A stretch of 64,000 nucleotides of DNA, from the NCBI GenBank assembly GCA_003344405.1, contig NOWV01000014.1, positions 868,001 through 932,000 on the forward strand. Direction: 5' to 3'. Under the pieces are notes generated by a model. That model searched no databases and was not told the origin of the DNA. It worked only from the letters and a program-made list of their open reading frames with translations. Source of the DNA: Trichoplax sp. H2. Taxonomy: Eukaryota. Positions within the stretch are counted from its first letter, which is position 1; each line of letters starts with the position of its first letter. Shown piece after piece: positions 28,913 through 41,400 of the stretch. The translations under genes and the position numbers were made by a program.

Positions 28913-29451
28913 TTATAGATCGTTATCTTGTACGTCAAAGTCTTGATTTTCGTACCTTTCATCATAATTAGGATTTCCGAATGATTGTGACTCCATCGAT
29001 TTCAATTTAAATGCAAATTTTCCTACAAGTAATTATCAGAACAGACCATAAACGATGAAATTAGCCGTAAAATCAACATATGCGGTGGTTACATTCAATT
29101 TTTACAAACACTTTTCGATTTAAGTTATTTCTTCTACGGTATATTATGACTTACCGGTCGAACTACCAGCCTTGCCGAATGACAAACTTTTACGCTGAAA
29201 TGTTCTATTTTACACAAAATATTTAGTTTTAACAATAAGTCATTTGACCAACTGGTGATATTAAGTCTCAATCACTCATTAGGTAGATACATTACCCGAG
29301 CAACCTCTTAAACTACGCAAAATTTTTTGCTTTATTTCTGTAATATTCAGTTACAATATTGATTACCCTTTTCGTTTCAGGAATACAAAGGCCGCTATAA
29401 GGATCAAGATACCGATAACGCACCCTATCGCAATTCCGACGTAACTTCCGA
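28913..29451 (-). CDS. Gene B transmembrane and cytoplasmic exons (29451-29367, 29204-29155, 29022-28913)
   Basis: Spliced translation [81 protein letters not shown]: hydrophobic helix, basic stop-transfer residues, phase-compatible splice sites. Confidence 0.8.
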
Positions 29452-32400
29452 CTTATAATGCAAAAAAATTATTTTATTATGATATCACTCCTTAGATAAT
29501 CTGGTATTTGGTTAAGGCAAAGTTTGCTCACCAATTCTGATATAATAGTATCTCTTTATAGAGAATAAACTTTGCAACTCTTACTACTCTTGTACTGTAG
29601 GTCGAAATATTTACTGAAACAAACTTAGCATAATACTGTAGTTATCGTACCATTCTGAGTGACTGCACTTTGACAGTTATCCCCACCGAATCCGCTTGAA
29701 CAGCTAAAAATAAATAGAAAGAAAGTGACGTTCACAAGATTTCAAGTCGTTATAACAGAATAATAATTAAACTTCAGAGCTGGTAGCATACGTTAGAAAA
29801 AATCCTAGCAACATCATGACCGTTTATGAAATTAAGGTTTTATAACAAGAAATCTACTATGTTGTATCTAAAATAATGTTTTAATTAAGGTTATTTCATC
29901 GTAATGCGTATTTCTAAATTATATTATGGTAATAATATTGTATAAATTTAAATATTTAATTGGATAATTAAACGAACGCTGCTACTATTCGTTATAAAGG
30001 ATATTTGTATTACCTGCAGCTTGGTTTGTTGTTATTCATGCTGCACTGACCATTATTGCTGCAGTATTGTTGCGAGCAAACAAAACCTGAATATTGCATC
30101 ATGAAGATCAAAAATGTTAAGGGTGCCAGTTAATAAACCTATCGCAAAAGTAATAAAATCTTCTTTGAGGACATTAATATACTGAAAATCTCAATAGCAT
30201 ACTTATATTGGATAGCGATGTTTGCAAAACTTGATTGTTGATAGGATTGCGCACAAGACATGAATAAGCACCGTTATCAGTTATAGATAATGGACTAAAG
30301 GTGAGGTATGATGTAATTTTGGATTTCAAATTGCTAATGACATCAGCAACATTCGTCGTGTTTCCAGGTATAAGGGTGACATTATTTTTCATCCAAGTTA
30401 TAGAGGGTAGGGGGCGTCCAGCAGCTTGACATTGTAATCTCGCATAGGAACCGACTTGAAAGGTAGTAGTATTCGCGGATATGGATACAATTGCGACTGG
30501 TATTGCTAGAAAGCAATGTGATACCATAGTATACAGAAAATTAGTAAAGAGATTCATGTATTCAATCATTACTTAGATATGCAGTTATTACGAACGTGCT
30601 AGTTGAGTTTCGCAGTTTTTTCCAGCATATAGAGGATCGCAACTAAAATATAAGATTGACGGTTTATGTTAATGACATGGTAGAATTTTCTAATCGTAAT
30701 TAAAATCTGAGTGAATTTAATGATTTAATGGTTATTAGACACGACTTTGCTGCAATATTTTTATCGTTAGCTACTCTGAATAGTAAAGAAAATTTTACTA
30801 TAAAATTGAATATACTCCTAGGTCAGGTACTATAGCCTTTAGATTAGTTCTGGACAAAGCTGTCAACGAAAGCACTTTAATTGAGTAGATTTTAAATAAA
30901 TGCTATAGCTTCACTTAATAGTACCTGCATATGGCTCCAGAACTTGTTTGATTGCATTCGCCTTGGGAATTACAGAATACAGATGAACACGTAAACTCTG
31001 CAAGTAAATAATCATTAATATTTGTCTAGAATAAGCCATTGTTAACAAAATAAATTATAACATACGCATAAATACAAGAGACTTTCCATTTACTCAGCGT
31101 TCTCAAACCTTGTACAACATTTTATGCGTGAAAAACAAAGCAAATTTCATTTTACTTACGTAAGCTTACGGTAGTGCTGTTTATAGTTTTCTTGTTAATC
31201 TCATCCTTTGCTTGACAGTAATAAGCGCCTGCGTCACTTGGAATGAGGTTCGCAATTGCCAATATTATAGTAGTAGTGTCATTGGAATTGTCAGCTGCAA
31301 GGAAGACATTAATTCGACCTCCGGATATTACTTGTTTGCCGTTATGGTACCAATTGATCGTAGGTCTTGGTCTCGCTTTCGATTGGCATTGCAGACCAGC
31401 AGAAGATCCAATCAGGTACTGAGATGCATTTATTTTTGCTGCTACCAAACTGAGAGGGAGATCTATAGCAGATGTAAGTATTTGTTACATTTTTTGCATC
31501 TATAGCATTTTCATTTATTTTTCAAATTTCGAAAACATCGATTCCTAGTTTCTTATGGAAATGAAAGTGCAACACCATAACAGTAACTCTGAAGGAAATT
31601 GAATCTAAACTTAAAAAATGCCTACTTGGTAGCACAGTCTCACAGCGATTTCCCACGATTCCGAAATTGCAACTACAATCGGAGCAGAATCAAATATAAA
31701 ATTGTTAAATGCCAACTTGAAATTACTACGTTTATCTAACTTGTATTAGTCATATTATACATTGTTTCAGTAACACCAATGTCGTATACGTTGCAGCTGT
31801 TTGTATCATAGTGTAGAGTAAAAATCAGAATTGTGAAATACACAATAACAGAATTGATACTGGTAGGCTCTATATTAACTATAAATATAATTTTACGAAG
31901 TTATAAAGATTCTGTACATGAAGCCTAGATTTACTTTAGACTTTGTAATGATTTATATTGTACTATTGTACAATTTAATGGCTGCATCTGCATGAAGAGA
32001 AAGTCTCGATTTTAGGTTTACCATAGTATTATGCTATGATTGTGACAGGTACTGATCGTGACGACCGTGAAGAAATTTACCTGCATTGGAGAGTATTAGT
32101 ATTGGCAATAGTACTACAAATCCCATTATTATTGCAAAATCCTGTTGAACACACCATTCCTATTTAAAATAAGATTGAATAAATATACCAAGTAATAAGT
32201 GTTTGCATCAGCTCATGTGCGTATTGTGCATTTACAAATTAAATTTCTGATTCAACTTACTAATAGTCATCGTTAAACTTTGAATTGTTGCTCCGTTATA
32301 ATTACCAACGCACTTATAGCCCCCAGTATTATCCAGCATTAAGCTACTAATGACCAGAATAGATTGAGCAAGTGTAGAATTCGATAGCGATGTCGAATAG

Positions 32401-35400
32401 GTAATTACGACATTGCCACCGCTACTAATTGGCGCACCATTTTTAGTCCATGTAAGGGCTGACGTAGGTCGTGATACTGCACTGCATTTTAACGCAACAT
32501 ACACGCCTTGAACGTACGTCGAGGTATTGCTTTGGATATTCACGGTACTCAATGGAATATCTTTTTTTCAAAAATTAGGACAGGATAGTGCAAATTTATG
32601 TTAGATAATTTAATTTATTTATACATAGCGTAAGATACATTATGCATCTATGAAGAAATTAAACTATCATTGCAGAATTTATTCAATAAGTTTAATAATT
32701 TATTTTTTCTTACCGTTTAAACTAGAATTCTACGAACTATAATTAAAATAATGTTCTATCATGCAGAGAAATAAACAACTTACCTGATAGCTTCGTCTCA
32801 CAGTTAGATCCAGTATAGTGCAAATTGCAGCTACATTATATTGGTTGGAAAGTAAAAAAATGAATCAATTGCAATAATTAAACGATTCTGCCAAGAACTT
32901 CATCACTAAAGAAATGCTAGTGACATATTCAGCATATCCTAACTTAGCCTTAGTGGAAAATACTGTTGCGACTTAATCTTAGAAGAAAATGATAAGGCTC
33001 GTGACAAAGGAAGTTTAGTCAGAAGTGAAACACGGCGATAAAATAAGCAATAGTATTTCTAGCTCTTATCTATTTTCATTGTGGACTCAACATCCAAACG
33101 AATAATTTAAGGAGTTTAACAATAAAAATTTTAGAACATTATACCAAGATTATCTGATTTTGTATTTGAGAAATTTTACCTGCACTGAATTAAATCACTA
33201 CCAGTGACACTACTGCATATCCCATGACCTTTACAGAATCCAGTCGAGCATACCATCCCTATCAGAATTGGGATTAATAATAATTGAAATTTGAAATATT
33301 TGTATCAACTGCTCTGACAGGACAACGAACAAAAAGAATGAAAATTTTTCGCTAATTATTAAACAAATAACTAATTTAAGAGACAGGGCATCCTTAATTA
33401 ATGATTCACCAATCATGGTGTATGAGAGCTAGACTATTTTTGTCTGCTATACCTCCAAAGTAGAATAATAACTTACTTATGGCGATGACAGAACTCTGTT
33501 TAGTTATGGAGCCGTCGCCATAATTTCCTACACACTTATAATCTCCGTTGTTCGCTAGGGCCAAACTCTTGAAAATTAAGATAGACTGTACGAGAGTAGG
33601 GTTGCTAGGTAGGTTAGAATTAGTAATAATAACATTGCCACCATTCGTTATTTGAGCACCATTCTTAGTCCATGTCAGTACTGTGGAAGGGCGAGAAGTT
33701 GCTTGGCATGTCAAGCCAACCATTGCACCATAAATATAAGTTGTCGTATTGCTTTGGGCTGTGACACTATTTAGAGGGATGTCTGAAGTGAAGTAAAACA
33801 AACGTAAGTTTACCCATCGCACCTACACAGTCAAATTATCGCTGTTTTAAGCATTACGGTTGTAACAATTTGATCTTTAGTAACTCTCGATCATAACATC
33901 ATATTTCCAAATTTACTTAGAAAATAATATAGAGATCTATTAAATTAGCTTCGTAGGTAGCAATACTTACCAGGTAGCCTAGTTTCGCACTGAAGCCCCG
34001 TATAGTATAAGTTGCAACTATTTATAAGAAATATTAAAATAAGTTATTATAATAGCTGATTGTCTATCAACAACGTTAGAAAATGACTCACTCAATTCTT
34101 TAAGTGTCTGTAAAGAACAAACGCTGAATTTATTCGGCATAAACATTAACCGGTTTACCTGCATAGGAGTGTATTGTTTCCATTATTTGCAGGACTACAT
34201 ATTCCGTTATTATTACAGTATCCTGGAGAACAAGTCATTTCTATTTGATGCATCCATAACATTTGAAGTAGAATATTTGAGGAAAAGTGTAATGCAAATC
34301 CATGTACAGGTATAATTATAAGTTAATGAAGCTCAATGTTAGCAAGATTAATGATGCATTATTAAAAATTCTTAACAGTATAGAATATATAAATACATGA
34401 GCTGCACATTATGTAAGTATTTATTTATAACAGCATTAAAATTAATGGAAGCAACTTACTTATAGTAAATGGAAGGCTCTGCACTATTACGCCATTTTGA
34501 GTGCGGTTACTAATGCACTTATAATCTCCGTTATTATTGAGTGTTAACCCATTTATGATAAGATTTGATTCCGCTAATGTAAAATTTGAAAATGGAATGG
34601 AATAAGTGATCATAATGTTTCCTCCGGCTGTGATTGGTACATCATTTTTAGACCACGAAAGTCCCGATATAGGACGTGATTTCACTGCGCAAGACAAGAT
34701 GATGTGCGATCCAAAAACGTAGGAAGAAGTGTTGCTGATAACAATCACATCGTTTATTGGGATGTCTAGAATGTTTTAAAAGCAGTATTTATCATGGTTA
34801 ACTAGACTTCGTATACCATAATCACAGCTAACAAGATAGACCTGTTTCTGGATTGGATAACGACTTTTATAATTTAAGCTTAATTCTACAGGCGACTATG
34901 ACACAAGTGCATAGGTAACATACCGGTAAGCTTGGTTTCGCAATTAGCTCCTGTAAAGTATCGATCGCAACTATTAAACAGAAATAGAAGAAAGTATGTT
35001 TAGTACGGTTTTTATTGCTTAGTGAATTAATATTTCCAATTAGTGTCAATGTTGTTTAAAAATTGTGTAACCATTCATGCGTTCAGTATTGTTGGTACCA
35101 GGGTGCACGTGAAATACAGATTAATCCTACTCTATCATGTTATTTCGAAATAAGGAAACTTTCGTATTTACCTGCATTGCAGTAAATCACCATTATTTAC
35201 GTTACTACATACACCATTGCCACTACAAAATTCCGCTGAGCATACCATTTCTATAAAGAGTATTATTACCGCAATAGTATTAGAAAATTTTCGTAAAACC
35301 ACGTGTAAGATCAAAAAATATTAAGCTTATACGCGTATACAGTAACTTAACGATTAGCTATCCCTTACTAGAATTCACTACGCTGAGATTAAATACGGTA

Positions 35401-38400
35401 TACTGGTTTACAATCAAATAAAATTTCTTAATATTTTATTAAGATTACATTTATAAGAGGACTACTAGAACTTACTAATAGGTATTGCTGAACTCTGAAT
35501 GATCGCACCATCATGGCTATAATTACCATTACATTTATAAGCTCCGTTGTTATTAAGGGTCAGAGAATTTATAGTGAGCATCGATTCTGCTATTGAGGTA
35601 TTCAATGATGACATTAAATTTGCAATCATGACATTGCCTCCACCAACAATTGGAAAGCCATTTCTAGTCCATGTAATTGCAGATCTTGGACGAGACACTG
35701 CTAGACATGTCAAGGTAACATTTGCACCGTAAATATAAGTAGCAGCATTACTTGCGAGATTGACGGTAGTTAAGGGGACATCTTCAAAATTAAAATAATA
35801 CAATAGTCGTATTTAATATTCGATAAATAGAAAACGTTCAAGTCCATAAATGCGTAGCTAGATATACATAATTAATGAAATATAGAATAATCTAGAATTA
35901 TCTTGATTTGAATCAGTTTTAAATTAAATATAATCAAGTCAGTAAAGATAATAACATATATAAAGTATTAAATACATACAATACACGTTTTCGCAGCGAA
36001 GACCAGTGTAATCCTGATTACACCTGTTTGTAGCAAAATAATATGATTAAGAAACGAGCGGTAACAAATGTCGGTCTGCAGGTGCAGCTAATTTAATTTA
36101 CGCTAGAATGATTTGAGATGGTTTTAGAGGGCATAGTTTCTATATAGCAATAAAGGTATATTCGGTAATCGAAAACTTATAATATAAGGAATCATACGGC
36201 ATGTTATTTGTGCAAATTATACATATGCGTAAGAATTTATTCAAGAGCTTTAGTAAGCTATACATGCATATCATACCTACAAGATGGAATACCATTAACG
36301 GAATTGCATTGACCGTTACCGTTGCACAAATAAGGTGAACATGTTACGTCTGCAACATTAACAAACAAATAGTATTGGACAGTATAAAAGCATTTCATAA
36401 TGAAGATATACTAGATGCTATCATTTAATAGACAGCGTTGCTTAACGTACTGAGAAAAAAAGAATCTGTGAAAGAAATAACTTTAAAATGATGCACATGA
36501 TCATAGTTAGTGTAAGATAAGATGACTCATAATAGAAATAAAACATACTTTATTAAGGATATTCGAAAGGTATAGCAAAATTATTTCTAATTTTAAAGGT
36601 GATATTTTGCAGAATAGAGTAGATTTTATGACTGCAATACGGTGGTTTTGCTAAAGCTGTAATAAATAGTGACGATTGCTTGATGAGTAATAGAAACTCG
36701 TCATTAGTTGTCAATATCCTTCAGAGTTACATTATCTATAGCAAAAATAAGGTTGCATTGTCTAGGTTTTACGCTGCATATTTTGGTGTAATGATTAAAA
36801 GTCATCATTTTCTGAAGCTAAAGTGACGTGGAAAAATCAGCAGATGTGAAGATGTGCTGATATCAAGTTGATTTGCATTGAATCGAACAAAATTTATGAA
36901 GCTTTTTAGTTGTAATAGTTTCAACTTTCGATACATTGCTAGTAATACCTATGAGCGTTAAATACATTTAGCAAAGTAATGAGATTTAATTACTAATGCA
37001 ACATACTTATCAAGACAGGATTGCTAGTCACTGATGTGCCTGTAACTAACTGCTTGGCTGTGCAGCTATAAGTGCCAATATCGTTGAAGGACCGCATCAT
37101 AAATGACAAAAATGATATCGATTGATAATAACTACTGCCTACAATTTGGGAGATGTTATATTTGTTTCCAGATTTTAGTTGAACGTTGCCTTTATACCAA
37201 GATATGTCCGACAATGGATATGAAAGAGCTTCGCAAGTCAGACCAACATTTTGAGATAAATTGTATGATACAACATTTGATTTTAAGGTGACTATTCTCA
37301 GAGGTACACCTATTGTAACATCATAAGACGTCATTTTAATACGATTATCACAAGTACTAGAATCGTATTTAAGTAGTCACCATGACACAAAATGTAGAAT
37401 TATTCTGGCGTTGTAAATAAGTAAGCTATGTCTGTTAGCTTATTAGCACCACTATCAGTTACATCATGAATAAGCTTTACAAATACGTACTTGTTCTTTC
37501 CCTTTCGCAGTATGTTCCAGTATAACCATCATTACAACTGCTATTGATATCAGTGAACAGTGAAATTTAGCAATTGAAATTATATTAATACTCGGTAACT
37601 GTTCATAGAAATAACTTAAACGCTACGCCAATTAAGGGTACCTGCATGACGGCCTACCGTTCGCAATTGTGCATTGACCATGATTACTGCAAAATTGTGG
37701 TGAACAAGTGAATTCTGAAAAATATTAAATACGTAAGGCTGACTAAGAATAACAGTAATGAAGACAAATTATGACATATACCGAAGCAATAGGTTGAAAA
37801 GGACTTCAAATTTTAATTTTTAAATATTACGAGTATTTAAATAAAGATACAATAACTTATTCGTAGTAACAAGACTTTATACAGTAATAGCGATTGAAGA
37901 ACAATTTCACTTTTTCTCAATTTAAGCAAATTAGAAAGTCCTTTGAAGTTACCTATATTTATGACGTTACTACGTATAATTCTACCGTTCGAATCCATAG
38001 CATTGCATTCATATTTTCCATTATCTTCTCGCATTACGTCATTAAAGTTTAGTATCGATTTGGCAATATATCCAGACATGCTACTGGTTGCAAATCCAAT
38101 ATTAGCAGCAGCGATAACCTGAACATTGTTCTTGGTCCATGATATCGTTGCTAATGGATTAGAATATGCCATACATTGCAGAGATAATTTTTGGCCAACA
38201 AAGAAATTCGTGGCGTTTACTTGTAACGTAACCTGAGTTAAGATTATTTCTACAAAGGGATAAAAATCCGGTATAAGATAAGGCCATCGCTGAAGTGATA
38301 AACATGCTTAACGATTGGCGTGTTTTCTTTACCCAAACGTCAAGATTTAATTTTAAATTCCTAATAGATAAATAACTTCTGTACCCAGTATGTAAGTTAA

Positions 38401-41400
38401 TTTTACCTTCTGAACATGTACTTCCATTCCAGTACCCTGCATCACAGAGGCAAGTAAAAGTTTTAGCCGGTTTCAGCACATCGATGCATGTTGCATTGGA
38501 ATTTCCACAAGGAGAACTAAGACAAGCGCTAATCTCTATTAACGCAAAAAGAATGATCAGTGCTTTCTACATAGCGAAATAGAACATAATTCTTAGTTGA
38601 TAAGCGAAAATGTAACGAATTTCCTTCAGCGTTTTATTATCAGTTAGCAATCCATGGCTTATCATACATATTGCATTAATTCACTGGTCTTTATAATATG
38701 ATGATTTATGCATATAGTCTTAGCAATAAAAAATCAGATCGTTTTTCGAAATCAATGTGCAATTGTATCTTTTTGAAGCAAACTAGATAACTACGGTGTA
38801 ATCGATTTTGCTTTAGCTTTAAAAATTGACTATTCTCGTATTAATAAACAACAGTTATAGTTTCATAGTTCAAGATTTGCCACTGAAATCGATCTAAATT
38901 TTTCACGTAGTGAAAAATCTAAAAATTTTAAAATCATTTACTAATAAATAATTACTAGTAGGTGACAAAGAACGCTTAAAGATTACAACGTGAAGACGTA
39001 GCTAAGCTGGAAAATCAGATGCACGAATGCATAACTACGGAGCGATAGTCTGAGTGGCACAGCAATATGTAATTCATCTTGCATAGTAATTTTAGCGATT
39101 TATGTGGAAGAGTATAATGCTATCTAAATAGCTTAACCCTCACCTGATTGACAAACGTAACTTGGTTGTTCGAAAATCACGAAAGCATTAAAAGAATTGT
39201 TAGTAAATCTCTTAGTTTATTTCAACGTGTATTTATATTCACAAAACCTGGAGTATAATTATTAATTTAATTGCCAGCGAACACACACCTAATAATAATA
39301 TATACTTAATAGCAATAAGAACTTACTTGGGAGGTAACTGGATAACGCCAGTAATACTTGTATCTAAAGGTAGATCTATAAATATCCAAGGAAAACGATA
39401 CTAATTACTGAAAAGCTAGATTTCATGTTAGCCTACGTTTTTATTATTTTATTTCCTATTTCAAACTTACCTGCACAGAATGCTTGAGCACTCATATTAG
39501 CAGAACATTGAGATAATTCACTTGCACCATTACTCTGGCTACAATTAGCTAGATTAGGTTCATTGCCTAAGCAATCAATCCGACCAATCAAAGTTTCTAA
39601 ACGGCTAGAACCACAACATTGACTGCGCAACTGTGTTTCAGTAAATCCTAGCTGTCTACAAGCTACTTGAGCATCCTGGAATTGCCAATGGTTGGCACAT
39701 ACCTTCCCCCACTTCTTACCATCATACACTTCGACTTGGCCTTGATTATACATTATGGATCCGGTCAAACGAATGCCAATTACATTCGAGTCTAAAAGCG
39801 ATTTGCAAGTAATATACAGATCTATTAGATATAAAAGTCCCTTAAATAAGTTATGGACTTCTACTTACAAAATAGACAGTTGTATCCACTGTAGCCATTT
39901 GGACATTCACACGAATAATAACCAACGAAATCTTTGCATACTGCTCTACCGCCGGCCATTAATGTGCAAGGGTTACTAGCGCATTCATTAATATCTACCG
40001 ATTTAAATTCAAGTATACATGAATATCAGAGGATCTATTGCCTTATGATCTTTCAATAAAATACTGACTTAATTAAATAGAAAATTTATGCCAGCGGGGA
40101 TAGATTAGGTAATAGTAAAACTTCTGTAACTTATCGATTTCAAGAATGTAATTTTGCAATTAGTCGTGTTATTTCTAGGGAGGTACTTTTTATAGCCTTG
40201 TACCTGTTTCGCAGTTAACTCCTGTATATCCAGTATTGCATTGACAAATATAGTTGTCGCTTTGACCCACTGGCGTACATACACCATGATAATTGCAGGT
40301 TTGTGGATTGGTATCGCAGTAATGATCTAACAGCAGTAAGATCGAAATTCTTGAGCTTTAGTCAAATGTAAAGCGATTTAAAGTAGTCTAAGAAATCTTA
40401 GTTCATTGACTGGTATCGGAATAATCATAACTATTCAGCAGCACCATAACTCAATTAAACTAATAGATGATAAATTATATATCATCATTCATTTTCCTAA
40501 CTTTTTGTAACAATTAACAAATCAAATATCAGCAATTATTGCTAATGCTAATAAGGTTAATGTTTACCAGATTTATGATTAGAATTAAGAAATAAATAGT
40601 TATCGGAAAAATAACTAACTGTTGCATTCGATGGTCACATCCATGTCGTGTGTACAATTAGAATTAGCCGGTACATTCCGGAAGCAATTGAGAGGTGTAG
40701 TTTCGTCGCCATTACATTGCAAATTATCGAATAAGATTTTCCCTTTGCCACTTCCGTACATCGATGAAGAATAAATAGTTGTTACATTGCCATAACCAGC
40801 CGCTCTGCATAGCACCACTGCAGCGGTAAAATCTATGCCAGTGTTACATATAGTTCCCCAATAACCATTCTGGTAGACTTCTACAAAGCCAGTACCATTA
40901 ATGTTGCTATTGCCACTTATTCGGACTGCCCCATTCGGAATAACTCCGAATTGACATCTATCACCGTAATATCCAGTCGGACATTGGCAATAATAAGACT
41001 CTCCATTTAGCAAAGTATGGCATGTTGCGTTATTGGAACACACGCCTGCATCACACCAATTGCCTTGACATTCAACACTAACAACCTCATAATTAAGGCA
41101 ATTGGAACTTCCCCATTCTTTATGTAGGCACTCGGATAAAGCCGACTCATTGCCAAAGCAGACTACATCATCTAGCCAATAATTATTCATTTTGCTACCG
41201 TACTTGGAACAACAAGCCCAACTTCGAGCACTTACAAACCCAAGTTGTTTGCAAGTAACATTGGCTGCTTTGATGTCAAATTTATCATCGCAAACTGGAC
41301 CCCAAGTATTATTGAATTGTACTTCAACATTACCAGTGTAAGGATTTGGTCCTCCGATTAGCCTTATAGGAACCACCTGTGCTACTGAAGAGTTAATTGA

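Noticed and set aside
29296-29613. Additional candidate micro-exons around the TM exon (29296-29312, 29532-29553, 29585-29613)
   Set aside because: They need implausibly short introns or break the frame; direct splicing gives a coherent TM and tail
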